A stretch of 64,000 nucleotides of DNA. It comes from Stylophora pistillata (Eukaryota). The stretch spans positions 2,022,863 to 2,086,862 of the forward strand of contig NW_019217784.1 in NCBI RefSeq assembly GCF_002571385.2, read 5' to 3'. The notes under the pieces were generated by a model. The model had not been told where the DNA came from, ran no database searches, and was given only the letters and a program-made list of their open reading frames with translations. Below are positions 22,901 to 35,800 of the stretch, one piece after another (within the stretch, counting starts at the first letter, position 1; the number at the start of each line of letters is the position of its first letter). Both the position numbers and the translations under genes were made by a program.

Positions 22901-24695
22901 GCAAAATATGTAAAACCTTTCTTGTCAAGAAAAAATATTGGGTCATTATTCTCTCGTTTCTTATATAACATTTGTCATGACTTGAAAATCATTCTTTTTT
23001 TGTTCTTTTCCAGAAACTGAATAGATTACGTATCACGGAGTGAAGTTGTCATTTGACCGAGTTCATCTCACGGACCATCTCGGAATATACGCAGTAACAT
23101 AGTGTTATGTATAGAAACCAAAGTTAAAAACTGAAGTTAAATCATTCCCTACTTTGAAAACACAGTGCAAAGCCAAAAAGACAAATGCTTATGACGATGA
23201 TAAAACATAAACACAAGGTTTCCATGGTAACTATACTTACGAAGTCAATTTACGAGCGAAATTTTAATAACGCAAATTTCATTCAAACACGAAGCATGGA
23301 CATCATGCTTTGAACGGGAACAAAAAATTCATAGGAAACATAAGGAACAAATTTTCAATAGTTTTGTACATAGATTCGCCTAAGACATGCTATAAAATTT
23401 GAATAACTCGACCTCCTTCAAATCCGATTCGATATCAGAGGATGTCAAGCGAATAAAATCGAATAAGATTGTAGATTCAATTCAAATCTTTCGCCAATGA
23501 ATTTTACTCGAAACTGAAAGACCAGCATCACATTATGAGTCACACTTACGCAACACAAAATTTCTCCAATGAAGGTAAAAAAATACGCTGTTGTGAATTA
23601 CGTCAAAACCGCCTAAAATTAAAAAAAAAAATCATGTAATCCTGTTTTAAGCCTCCTGTTAAGCCGCGGATCTGTTCAAGAGTCCTGTTCGAACGCAAAC
23701 TTTTGTTATGTAAGCCATCTTCAACACAACAAGCATGCATCAATAAACTTGAGCGAAAATAGCAACCGAGGAAAGTGACGACGTGAAGATAGATGTTTGC
23801 GCTTTGATTAGCTACGAGCAGGTATTACTGAATGAAACAGGGAAATAATTATAGTTGCCAGCATTGTTACAAGGAAAGCCTAAAACAAATAGCTCAGTGT
23901 GAACTATATAGAAATAGGCCCCGCAGCTACAACGCTTTAATGAAAACCATTCCCTTTACCGGATGCAGGGATAAAAAAAAAGAGAAACAAACTTTAGACA
24001 ACGGGTTAGAAATCGATAGAAATGTCAGAAAGCCGTGCACTCAATAAGGCATCTCAATTCTAACAGCTGCCAGTATAAATATCGATATTTGTGGGTCCAC
24101 TTATTGTCACCTTGCATAGCGACCAAACATTATTTCAAAACGAAATCCGGCTACCGCTCTCGTTTATACCAAGTTATTCTTACGGAATTATTAGCCATCA
24201 GTAAACCTGTGGACAATACAAAAAAACAGAAATTTGGAAACGGAAGTTATTTACCTCGCACTCTGGTTCTTCTATTTGTTGTTCTGCTTGATGTACTGTC
24301 GTTTCTGCTGTCGTGTTATCTACCGCGATAGCTGTTGCTGTCCGCAAAATGCCGGCAGCTCCGACCACTAACGAAGAACCTTTAACTTTCGGCGGGATGG
24401 CTCCATTTTCATCACCGTACAATTCTCTTGAAAGACCTGTCCCATCTTTGTCATATTCTCGTTCACTGACATCAATGGATGACTGTCCAAAAAGACGGCT
24501 CGTTGGTGCCTGTTCGAAGTCTATGTCTGACTCTCCACCGTCTGATCGTGCATGTAAAGATTTTAGCGATATTGCAGGGTATAGAGAAGGCAGTCTTACT
24601 CGTCCACTGGGCACATTTGGTGCTCTTGTCCGCGGACTGTTCACCTGAGCTCTCGCGACGGCTGCGCTAGATATTACGGGCGCGAACTTCACCAT
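3123..24695 (-). CDS. Nav2: Voltage-gated Na+/Ca2+ channel alpha subunit, Nav2 type (DEEA selectivity filter), multi-exon
   Basis: Exons joined in frame: 24255-24695, [one exon not found], 20695-20775, 20191-20319, 19392-19483, 19028-19222, 18576-18636, 18140-18281, 17374-17511, 16147-16983, 15509-15697, 15164-15315, 14892-15081, 14529-14766, 14352-14437, 12533-12853, 11825-11998, 9856-9981, 9426-9689, 9018-9071, 8573-8710, 8016-8129, 7338-7476, 6821-6952, 3123-4249. Four S4 segments ([47 protein letters not shown]). Pore loops ITMDFWE / LCGEWIE / ATFEGWM / STSAGWN. III-IV linker DIFLT, C-terminal EF-hand-like region and IQ motif ([10 protein letters not shown]). Assignment of the first exon is less certain than the rest. 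Confidence 0.95.
6257..6318 (+). repeat. GGGGA purine tract (G-quadruplex-capable)
   Basis: ggggggaggggaggggagggaaggagaggggagggggaggggagggtggatgggaggggagg. Confidence 0.8.
6953..7337 (-). other. U12-type AT-AC intron in the Nav gene (domain IV S1-S2)
   Basis: Donor ATATCCTTT, branch site TTCCTTAAC (6983-6991), acceptor CAC. Splicing restores [17 protein letters not shown]. Confidence 0.9.
7893..7936 (+). repeat. (ATC/ATT)n microsatellite
   Basis: ttattatcatcatcattatcatcattatcattatcattatcatta. Confidence 0.8.
13120..14260. repeat. Degenerate tandem array with four hairpin units in a Nav intron
   Basis: The motif agtaacacaaccatactt...ttcatagtatg..tgtgg recurs at about 13335, 13668, 13980 and 14183. 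It is preceded by aaaagcctggt at 13255, 13577 and 13895. Confidence 0.8.
19735..20020 (+). mobile_element. 5'-truncated Penelope-like retroelement (GIY-YIG C-terminus, 3' UTR and hammerhead)
   Basis: 19738-19830 translates [30 protein letters not shown], typical of the end of the PLE GIY-YIG endonuclease. It is followed by the hammerhead and the ggtggccaatttac...gttgata tail. Inserted inside a TTAA-type MITE. Confidence 0.75.
19925..19958 (+). ncRNA. Minimal type I hammerhead ribozyme motif in the 3' end of a Penelope-like element
   Basis: GCU-CUGACGA-A-GGGC(UAAC)GCUC-GAAA-CG-UC^-AGC. A palindromic ACGU replaces stem III, as in PLE-type minimal hammerheads. Confidence 0.8.
20776..20795 (-). 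other. U12 branch site and 3' splice site upstream of the Nav DI-S1 exon
   Basis: TTTCCTTAAC about 10 nt before the AG acceptor of exon 20695-20775. Confidence 0.75.
21157..21202 (-). ncRNA. Type I hammerhead ribozyme motif (intact core)
   Basis: Minus strand reads ACUGCA-CUGAUGA-GGCC(CAGAA)GGCC-GAAA-CG(GUUC)UG-UC^-UGCAGU: 6-bp stem I, 4-bp stem II, short stem III, GUC cleavage triplet. Confidence 0.85.
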
Positions 24696-27600
24696 TGTGC
24701 CAGTTCGTCAGTGTTTTATCACTTTAAGTTCATAACTGAGAATTTTCACTCAAGTAAGAGAAGGTCTCCCAGAGAAGTTGACAAACGGAAAAACATCAGT
24801 CATCAAGCAGCTTCGAAAAATCTTCAAAGTTGTTCTTTCAATTGATTCCTTCATAAACATCACGACTCGCGCGCCATGCATACAGTGCTAAACAATCATT
24901 TGCTGCGTAAAATTCACAGTCACCCAACTAATTCATGTTCAATTATTAAAGCCTTAAGTTCAGCAGGCAAAGCTTGAGAGGAATTGATAGACGTGGAGTG
25001 CCGTGGGGAAGTCCTCTTGGGAAGATTCCGATTCTTGCAGTTACCACCAGGTCGATGTTGTCATGTAAAATCGTATGCGGAATTTTAGCAAGTTGCTTTC
25101 ATGTTTAATGTCTTCGTGGCTATTCTGACAACTCGGTCAGTTAGGCAGGTGGTTTTGGACAAAAACTAAATGTATGTAAATGAAAGCAGAACATTAACGG
25201 GTTTACTTCACAATAAGTGCCATTCATCCCGTTGCTATCGCCTCTTACGTGATGGCCAAAATTGAATTTTAACGATTAAAATCTCAAACGTCCCTCTATG
25301 AAATCAGACGAAAATTTCTAAGATCTGTTGCAACCGGGAAACAGTTATTCAGTTCTCGAGGAGTTTAAAGACTTCTTAGTCTGGCCACAAATAAAATCAC
25401 TGGATAATCGAAGGGTTTAGTAGGGTGGGCGACAAAAATATTCGCCACAATAGAATTTACAAAAAATTTGCCTTCCTGTAATCGATAGCACTTGTTTCTT
25501 CACCAATCAAAGTACGTTGTAAAGCGAAACAATAATAAACTCTGACCAAAGGAACTTGCGATTTATTGCCGAAAAGCGTTCAACTCGCGTATTAAATCAA
25601 TTCACCGAAATCCTGCGTACGAAAAGAGCTGTCAATTTCTCTACGTGCTGTCTGTAAATTTCGCTAACTTTTTCACTTCTAATCGAAAACAGTAATGATC
25701 CTTTCACTAGAAAAGAGAAATGGAAAAGTAAAACTCCTTTGCCTCGAATACTAAAGATGGATGTTTGGCTTCAGGTTTAGCTAAATATCAGATAAGAAAC
25801 GAAAGCATCAGGCCGCTGATGATGTTAGGTAAATGGCTGGATTGCATGGATCATATCTTAAAATGTTGTAACAAATAGTTGGTCTGATGGTTTCCTTTAC
25901 AAATACGATTTCAAAGTTTAGTGCTTCCAATTAAATATTTTTACGATGCACGAATCAAAATCTAATGAATAAGATCTGCTAATTTTTCACTGGTAGACAT
26001 TTCTGATTCAGTGTTTTTCCGTTTTCCAATATTTTTTCTTCGCTCATATTATGAATAGACAAAATAAAAGTCTGTTTTGACTATAAAAGGTTTTATTTCA
26101 ACTAATCATTAAAAGTTCAATTTCAATTTTTCCGAAAGTCACTGAGCTAACAGCGCCGTGCGATTAATAAGGAAATCCTAAGGATCAAAATAAGCTTATC
26201 GGAAGAACATCGTAAAAAAAACCCTTCTTATGGAACGTACGTTCAGGAAAAATTAGAGGGAAATAAAATTGAAAAAGTTTGTTCGTTATCAATAAAAAGA
26301 AACAATACTAAAAATATTATTATGAAACACGAAAATACCAGGAGCGCCTTTAAGGTAAACAACTTCAAGACAAAAGGTGTTAATTACTAAATATCGCTGA
26401 CGAAAATAGATAGGTGTTGAAAAACATACAAAGGAAAAGCGACGACTGTAATAAAATCGATTGTGCAAGGCACCCTACAGATCACTTCGAAAAACGGAAA
26501 CGTTTATCGAGTTCGATTAAAATTTTGTTTACTGTCTTAAAATGATGGTGAACCTAGAGTGAAAAATATATATATTCCGCCATAATATTTGCTCTTTACT
26601 CTAGTAGACATTCTTAATATTGATAAAATCATGTATTTATTGGAGACAAATCTAAACAGTTCACCGCATCGGTTTGGTACTCATATTTTTCCATAGAATC
26701 TGTGAAGTTTTTTAGGCGATCGGAACTCTGGGAAAATATTCCTGGAAAATGACGATGATTTTAAGAAAATAATTATCAACATGAATAAATGAAAAGGATT
26801 TTAGGAAAGATTAAACGAAGCAGATTATACTGAACAATTATCTCATTTGCTAATATGTTTCGTATTCATTAAGTCGTTTTTGCGTGCACAAATTGAATTA
26901 AATCATGCGATTGGATTGCAGGGAGAAAAACTTTAATCGGTTATTTAAAAATATGGCACTGAATTAAAACACTGTTTGCAGTTATCCAAATCCAACTTTA
27001 ATGACAAACATTTTGGCAAAGTTTTGAACGACATCGGGAAACGAGGTGCGGAAAATGTCAAGGGTATTCATAATGTAAACACGACTCCAACTTATTTAAG
27101 CAAGATTTACTGAGCAATTTTCCTTTGACAGTGTTGACAGTGTGCTTGTCAAAAAAAGAAATGCAAAGAAAGAACTTGTTCGTCAAAACTGATTACGATA
27201 AAAGAACTTACCGACAAATCTCCAAGTTCTTTTGCACAGAAACATTTGGCCGCTTTTTTTGTTTTGCTTTATGATATGAAAATTAATGAGGTAAACATCC
27301 CTAAAGTCGTATTTAGCACTTAATGGAAAAAGTTGCTGATTGGTTTCTTTCAAGAACAAGATAATACAAATGACCTGATTTTAGTCACGAGTATTGAGAA
27401 AGAAAGAAAATGACTGAAATAAAACATCATTTGGTATCAGTTAAAAGATAAACTATCATGTTTAACTTCTTAAATATGATTAAAATTGACCGAAGGCGAA
27501 CTAAAATAATTTTGCTGAATAAAGGTACTGTACAATTGTAGAAAAATATTGAAATGATCAACTGGAATAAACCTAAGTACCTAAAGTCCTAAGTCAAGGT

Positions 27601-28074
27601 GAAAGGATTGTTCGGTTTTTTTGTTTTGTTTTGTTTTGTTTAGTTTATTTTTTACGAGAGAGGATCAGTTGAGGGGCCCTAGTCACAAGGCTTTCTCGGT
27701 TTCCTTAAAGCTGAACTACACTGTGCTCTGTGAGCCATGGGTTTACCAAGACGTCACCGATGCGTGCACGTGCTGTTACTCACCCTTTCCAGGCTTTCCG
27801 CCCTTGATGAGGAAAGAGAAAACGCCTGGGTATGAAATTTACCAAGGTAGGGAACATTTTCAGAATTCTCGCAATGCACAATATCTTTTCTCTGATGCTT
27901 TCCTCTGATGTTCCCCGCTGAACATGTCGAAATGACCGTCAACTTTCACACTATTTGTGTGCCTCCCTCCCAGAGTTCCGCGCGGCGCGCGAAAATCATA
28001 TTTTGTCTGTGAAGTACTTGACTCGCGCGACGGTGTTCACCGAAAGGGACGGACTGCTCGAAGTCTACACTGAA

Positions 28075-28186
28075 GTTAGGATCGATTACCAGCCGCTGTT
28101 CAGGAAACGGAACCCGCGCTCCTCCCCGAACTCGGAGAACAACGAAAAAGACCAGACTCGAGAGAGCGGCGGAAATCGAGCCTAAC
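28075..28186. mobile_element. Short MITE
   Basis: gttaggatcgattaccagccgct ... agcggcggaaatcgagcctaac imperfect TIRs with TA at the ends. Confidence 0.55.
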
Positions 28187-28754
28187 TGAAGTTGTCCCTT
28201 CCGTTTGCACATTTCAGCATATAGACTAATCTGCGAACCATGGTAAAATATTAAATACATCACAGAAAAGCCGGGAGCAGTAAAAAATCCTGATGCTTTT
28301 AAAAGAAATTAAAAATAGTAATTTAATCAAATATAAAAAAAAAGTAACACAAATAGAATTAAAGCTGCCCTGGAGGGAAGAGGCGTCTGCGAAGTTTACC
28401 TGAGACTATTTTGTCTACGTCTTTTTTTCTCTCGAGTGTAATGTGGATGTGCGTTTCAAAATGTCTATTTAGTTTGTTAATTTGAGGTGTGTCTAAATCT
28501 CATACGAGAAACTCCAAACGAATTTCGGCCTAAATTTCCCGCCAATTTTCGCGATCAATCTTGCATTTTTATCAAAACATTTAATTGGATAACAGAAATT
28601 AACCAATCAAACATCTTGTTAAAACACTCCATGTCAGTTAGCAACGCCTGGTTGATTTTGTAGTTAACTTATAATATCACCTCATTTTTCATCTGATTTC
28701 AATAACTGATATTTGTCCTTGTGGACGTCGGATGCGATTTTTTTCAAATCGTTG

Positions 28755-29856
28755 ATGGATCACGTAAATAACGATGGGACAGACAAAGTAGAGGTTAGAT
28801 AGTCATGTTTGATTGCTGATTCGTCTTGCCAAGCCATGCGTTAAGGAGAAATAGAGACGATTTCTCAACTTACCTACGATTCAGTATCGTAAAAATTATT
28901 CCAACTGTAGACATTGTATTTGTCCTTGGAGACGTAATCATTCATGCCTGTTAAGACGTGAAAAGTCAACAATTTCGTAATCGATAGCTATATGTTGCGA
29001 GAGGTGGTTTTTCTCGCGGTAAATCAATCGCGGCGACAAAATAAAATGAAGCATCCAAGAGATCGTATCGACCCCAATGTGTTGAAGGTGTGCTATTGGG
29101 AAGGAAGTGTGCGATTCGTTCGGATTACCCTACTAATTAAGCTAATCTTAAAGTAAAAACCGAACATAATCCTTTCTTCCAAAACTCCCTTAATGCTAAT
29201 CTGTCGCAATGTTCTCCCGAAAGAGTTCGGTTTATTTTTGCAAGTGTTCACGTTTCGATTTGTTATTGTACAAGTACCTCATGCGTTATTGTGTCCGTGC
29301 TCGCTCAGATTATTTTGTTTACATTGAGCATATTTGCATAAGTCGAATTTGCTTATACTAAAAGATGAAGAAGTTGAGTTATTTTTGTTTTTCACTCAAT
29401 AGATAACTGTTTTGTTCTTCGCTAAAAGCCGTGAACTGGTGGAACAGCGTTCGGCACAAATATTTATTGGTAAGAGACTTCGAGGAAGGGATCTGATAGC
29501 CAGTATCCTCAACCATTTTCCGAGGTAAGGCGAATCTTCTGAGTCAATGATCGGTGTGGATCACTGCTTTGTTGATGATTGCGTGCGCTCTGTCAGAGTT
29601 CTTTACAATATGCTCAAAACATCTTGCACTGTGGTAGAGCACACATTTCAATAAGTTAAATTTCGTTTTAATCGATTTGCGGTACCCTTTGTTGAATATA
29701 AACTCATTAACCGAACGCACGTGTGTCTTAAGTCTTTCAGTTATTCAGGAAAACCTTGTGATCGCTGTGAATCAACACTACATCGAAAAGGAGTCAGAAA
29801 TTAACCTCAAGGGAGGTGAAGAAGTCGCAATAATCCCACCAATCAGCGGTGGCTGA
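28755..29856 (+). CDS. MOCS2: Molybdopterin synthase sulfur carrier (small) subunit MOCS2A, MoaD-like
   Basis: Exons 29403-29524 (ITVLFFAKSRELV...) and 29733-29856 (...IAVNQHY...EEVAIIPPISGG*), ending in the diagnostic Gly-Gly. The first coding exon is either 28755-28793 (MDHVNNDGTDKVE) or 29046-29087 (MKHPRDRIDPNVLK); both are phase 0, so the start is uncertain. Confidence 0.92.
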
Positions 29857-29857
29857 A

Positions 29858-32800
29858 ATGAAAGAAGAAAGGTATTAATTTAAACAGAAGGAATATGTGA
29901 CTTATTTGTAAAAAGGGGCTAAAAAGGATCCGAAGTATTTTAAGTATTCAGCCAGCTACAGAAGTGACCAATTCACAGTCAATAAAAATAACAAGCTTTG
30001 ATATGGCAAAAAATTATCCAAAAATAAATTTTCAGATGTTAACAAATTTCTGCAACAACTGATGGTAAACCTTTAATTCTCAAAGATAAGCAATCTGCTC
30101 TGGCTATTCAAATTATATTGCTGATCAGTGCAAATACAATTATAATTGAAGGTGTTTGACAAATTGAGACTGATTTCTTGACCAATGCCTGCAGGACTTG
30201 AGCATTTCTAAGCAGGTGTAACAACAGCCATCAATGTGGTCATCACCATTTTGAGGTTGGCAATTATCCAGTTGATTGAGAAAATACCAATAGCTGCTGA
30301 TTGAATTGTTAGAAAAAGAGAATGACTGACATCAACTGTCAAGGACAGTTGATCTATATCCTAGGAGAGGATAAAACTTATTGTATGATATTGGAATCAA
30401 TGAAAAAGAATTCACTTCTTTTTAAAACATCTGTGTGAAAATTGACAGCCTCTTCATTTTTCTCTTTCCCTCACAAAAAACAGGGGGGATGAAAATTGCC
30501 AGAGTCAAAATCATCAACCAGTTAAAATGGTGTTTTCTGCCTAAAAAATTTTCTCTGTTTAGCCTTCTTAAAACTTTATCCACAGAATCACCAAAAAGAC
30601 TTGTTGAAAATTTTATCAGGTTATCACATCTAACATAAGATGTTTGTCAATATAGAACTGTTCTTGCTTATCCTTATTCTACTCTAAACACAAGCTGACT
30701 TGTCTAAAAAAACAAAAGATTTTAATTAATGATGTCTGCCAAATATAGTTCATCTCAGCCTTTGAATTGACAATGCTCTTGACATTATTTTTGCAGTTTC
30801 ATCACAATAACAAGATCGTGGCTTTAAAATGAAACAGTTTTACATATTTTTAAGTAAAACATGTTTGACGAATTTGTCTTGTAAGGCACAAGCCAAAATT
30901 TTCTCACGCAGTCAAGTTATTTAATAATATAATTTTCTCTCAGTAATGCTGATTTATATTTATTTATACATATATAAATGAAATGGGGCTGTCAAAAGCT
31001 GATTTACAAGTTCACCAAATTTGTTTTGATAAATTATATATGGATTCAATAGGATCTAAAATGCATATTATAATCAATATGGAAGAAAACAAGTGGAACT
31101 GTGAAACATAGTTACTCCATTAAGATGCCTTCTTCAACCTTTTTACAGTTATCCAAATGAATGTTCCCAAAAATCAGATTTTGTGTAAATAACACTGTAG
31201 TCAAAATGCATCTTATTCCAATTGACAGACTTTCAGTTTTTGCTTCAGCGATTATAGACAGTGAATGTTCTCTTCATTAATAATCAAAGCTTTAGAGTAT
31301 TGTGTAGCATTCTGCATATTATATTGAGATTTTAAATTGATTGTTTTGTGTCCTTCAGTCAGATGTGAGTGCACTGCTAATTTTTGGCCCATCATTTCCT
31401 TTCCTGATCAACTTTATTTTGACTTGAATTCTTAATTACTATTTAAAAAACGAACAGCAGTTTTATCAGGTACGCCTCATGTTTTTAGACCTGATAAAAC
31501 ACGTGCTGTGGGTTTTTTAAATAGCGTCAAAGACCTGTGCCTCTCTGGGGATTTTTCCAAAGTTTATATGAATGCATTAAATAACTTCAAAAACCCGTAC
31601 CTCTCTAGGGATTTTCTAAACGTGATTTGAATGCATTAAAAGTTAATTACATACAGAGGGGAAAAGTGCTCCTTGTTCGGCTGCTGTTAAAGTTCAGAAA
31701 GCTTTTCCTTGAAATGCCGCCCAAATGCGTGTTTTGAGAACCAAAAAATGTGAAGGAAGAGAAAGATTACTTGGATAGTTGTGTTCCAAGGGCCACTTGG
31801 TATGGCACAAAGTGGGTTACAAAATTTTTGGTGAGTGGCAAAGTTCAAGAAGAAATAAAGACGCCAACTTGGAGGAAATAGGATTTAGAGTTGAAGTTGA
31901 CAGTATTCAAAACTGCACAATTAATTTTGTGAACAATGGGAAATTGTAAAAGAACGAATTTCTGTTCTGACAAGAATTTATCAGGAAAATAAACTTTGTT
32001 AATTGTTTACTGCAATTAATGTTTTCATATGCTGCCTTTTGGGGAATAATTTAGTATTATAATTAACGTGATCTTTATATTAATGATTATTAATGAGTTT
32101 TTGAAGCTTGAATAATTCCTAGCATACAATGATATCATTTTTAAATTTTTACCATCTTCAACAGTTCCTATAGTAACTGAAAGGTGTGTAAGGAATTCAA
32201 TATGATGGAACAGTAACTTAATTCTTTCTGATGATAATATTGGTATTACTGATTAATTTGTTGCTAAGCACTAAGATGTAGTTGTATTCAGCTGGGTAAG
32301 TCTGAGTAGTCCATAAACATACAAAACAGACGTGACAATATTATAATTATTTCTGTATGCCACTAACACAGCAGGGATGGTTCGTGCTTTTCGCAAAAAT
32401 TCTTTTAAGCAAACTCTCTGACTCTGAAGGTTGTTGGCGGCTGATTTTTGTCAAGCTTGTGATATAGATTTTGTTTGAAATATTTGTGGACATAAAAATG
32501 AGGTAGGATATGTGACTATAAGATATTGATCATCCATGTGCGAAATGTGATGAATCTTTAATCTTTAAAATAAGCTTGGAACAACAGATAAAAATTAATA
32601 CAATTTATATTAAAATTTGCAGTTATGGTTTATTTTTTCATATAATTTAATGGAACATGACCTCAATAGAGGATGGCTTTAGTATAATTTGGTTTTATGC
32701 ACTCAGCTGGGTTGCAAATTGAATGTCAATGTGCCACTATGAAGGGTTTCTTTTCTGGCGGCTAATTTACATTATCAACTCAGTTGATAACACCAAATTA

Positions 32801-35800
32801 TTGTGAAATACCCTTCACTGATGCAGTACCACAGTTTCTTAGAAAACTTACCCTCTTTATTCATTTAAGTTTATTTAGTTATGCAAGTCATATTTCTTTC
32901 ATTAAGGTGGTTTTAAATTAATAATTGTTTTTTGTTGTGTCTTAATGCGGAAAAGTGATGCCAATCCTTGGTTAAAACAGCCGACTGAACTTTAATGATC
33001 ACTACCTAACTACATGCAGTTACACAATTAATATATCACACACTCAATATGCATGCAACTTAGCTATATATGTTTACTCTCTGGGACCTCTCATGTCATG
33101 CATCTTACACCTGGTGATGGTTCCTATTATTTAAATCCCAATTCATTAACACTAACATTAATTAAACCCTAGTTTATTAACACTATAACATTTTTCAGTG
33201 AATTTCAAAATGGAGGAAGGTTTGCTCCTCTGAAAGTTTGCTGCAGGCCCACCCCTTACAAGTTTACCCTCCTTACCAGTTCACCCCCATCACAACAAGA
33301 TCACGTCAGCAAGTATAGCAACTTCACTCACAAAACATCAACTAGTTTCCTTGTGACAAAAAATGGTTCTTTTCCCACAAAATATTAATAAAATCAATGA
33401 ACATGCAAATTTCATACTTGAACTAAGATGCTTGAGTTCGCTTGCATGCCAAGTTGCTTTCAAATTGTGGCCTCCACCTGTGTTGAACAATGTAACTGAT
33501 TGATTTTGGAGCATTTCAAAACACAAGAATTACCAATAATGCACCAGCAATAAATTTTTCACCCAACTCCTTACTCAAATCTGTTTCCTTTCAGTAAAGG
33601 AAAAGTACACAGTTTACACATGGCAGATGATACAATTGTTATAACACCAGATCATCTTCATGTTGATCAGGTCACAGAAATTGTTGGTGCTCCAAGTGCT
33701 GGAGCAATCTCTCTGTTTGTAGGTAAGCCTAGTTTTTTTTATATATTGTTATAAGCTCTCCTTAGAGCAGTTGGACACCATTTCCCCATGAGAACACAGG
33801 AAATGATTGCGAACTTAACATGCCCTTGACAGTTAGACAAATTCCCCTTGCAAATACCATAGGAAATGAATAGCAAACAGCATGGAGAATTTGTATATTG
33901 GTGTTTAACTGTGAGGGGTTAAATAAGTTACCCAAGGCAATGTCATGTACTATTTTGGAGAACAATCATGATCATGACATGACTTGTGTTTTAAATTCCT
34001 TCAGGAACAACAAGAGATAATTTTAATGGTAAGTGAATGAGTTTCTTCCTGATTGTACGTTACCTGTCATGGTATTTACAAAAAAGAAAATGTGAGAATT
34101 AAAGTTTGTTAGTACTAATCTACATCTTTCAATCAATAGAAAGTGTTTCAGTCCACAAACAATTAGGAACTGACTGTAAACTGCTGTAGTTTGCGAATTT
34201 CCCTCCCATTGTCAACAGCATAATTATTCCTATGACCAGAGTTCTCCATTGAGCAAAATTCGCTCATCATTAATAAGAATTGAGTCTACTAATGTCAACA
34301 GTTTTCTAAGTCTTATTACATCAAATAACTGGTAATTGTTCCAAAATTGTTGGGTTGTGTCAAGTGCTACAAAGCTACTCTCTCCGAAGTAGAAATGATA
34401 TTTACTTTATATTTCTTTTCAAATAAATATCAAGTTTTTCTCTCAGGAAAAACAGTGGTGCGCTTGGAATATGAAGCCTACATACCTATGGCTAGATCAG
34501 AGATGCGCAAGATCTGTCAACAAGTGCGGGAAAAGTGGGAAGTAATTAAAATTGCCATCTTTCATAGAATTGGGTGAGTTCAACCCTTGTTTGCTGACTT
34601 CAAAAATAGGGGATGATATTCAACTTTATAGAAGGCCATGTCTGTATTTGAGCTAAGTGGCCCATTCAGCTGAAGCTTATCACAGATCCCTTCACATGAA
34701 ATGGCTAGAAGTATCCCTACTCCCCCCCCCCCCCNNNNNNNNNNNNNNNNNNNNNNNNNNNNNNNNNNNNNNNNNNNNNNNNNNNNNNNNNNNNNNNNNN
34801 NNNNNNNNNNNNNNNNNNNNNNNNNNNNNNNNNNNNNNNNNNNNNNNNNNNNNNNNNNNNNNNNNNNNNNNNNNNNNNNNNNNNNNNNNNNNNNNNNNNN
34901 NNNNNNNNNNNNNNNNNNNNNGATGCTCATCCATCACAAGGTTACCCTCTAGCATTTCACCGTGCTTCCCTGACAATTCACTAGTACACTGTTATATCCC
35001 TGGGTGGAGAGAAACGCTTTGAGAGTATTTGTGTTTTGTATAAGAACAGAACATGTTGAGCTACCCAGGTCTTGAACCCAGACCTCTCTCGACTTGCAGT
35101 CAAGTGCACTGACCATCAGGCCAAATCACTCCTAATTTTAGAGCAGCCATGTAATTCAGTAACTGTGTTTGATGACTTCACAGTTGAACACAAATATCAA
35201 TGTTTTTGCAGGGTGGTTCCCCTTGGTGAAGCCAGTGTGATAATTGCAGTTTCATCAGCTCACAGGATGAATTCTCTTGAAGCTGTACAATACTGCATAG
35301 ATACTTTAAAAGCAACAGTACCAATTTGGAAAAAGGTACAATTAAAATCCATTTATTTCCTCCTCCTTCCTCACATTTTCATATAAAGACAGGTCAAAGC
35401 AAGGCTGAGAATGGAAATCATTGCAAAACTTAATATCATTCACCAAGTATCAATGTGAAAATAAAATATTTCAAATATTTTCCAGAGTCATAATCATGTA
35501 GTCTGTTTCTGTGGGGTTAAGACTTTTTTAGAGAAACTGAAACTTTACTAATTATGTTGAATAATGGTGTGAGTCCAAAATGTTATGTCCAAAAGTGTCT
35601 GAACTTCATTTAAATAATTTGCTTTAGAATGTAATACCATCATTCCATTACACCTATGAGGGAATCCCCACCTAGAATTAGAATTATAGAATTTTGAACA
35701 TTTTTAATTTACTTAATATTGTACCTTTTCTTGTAATTTTTAGGAAGTCTATGAACAAGGTGAACCAAGTTGGAAAGAGAATTCAGAATGTTTTTGGGCA

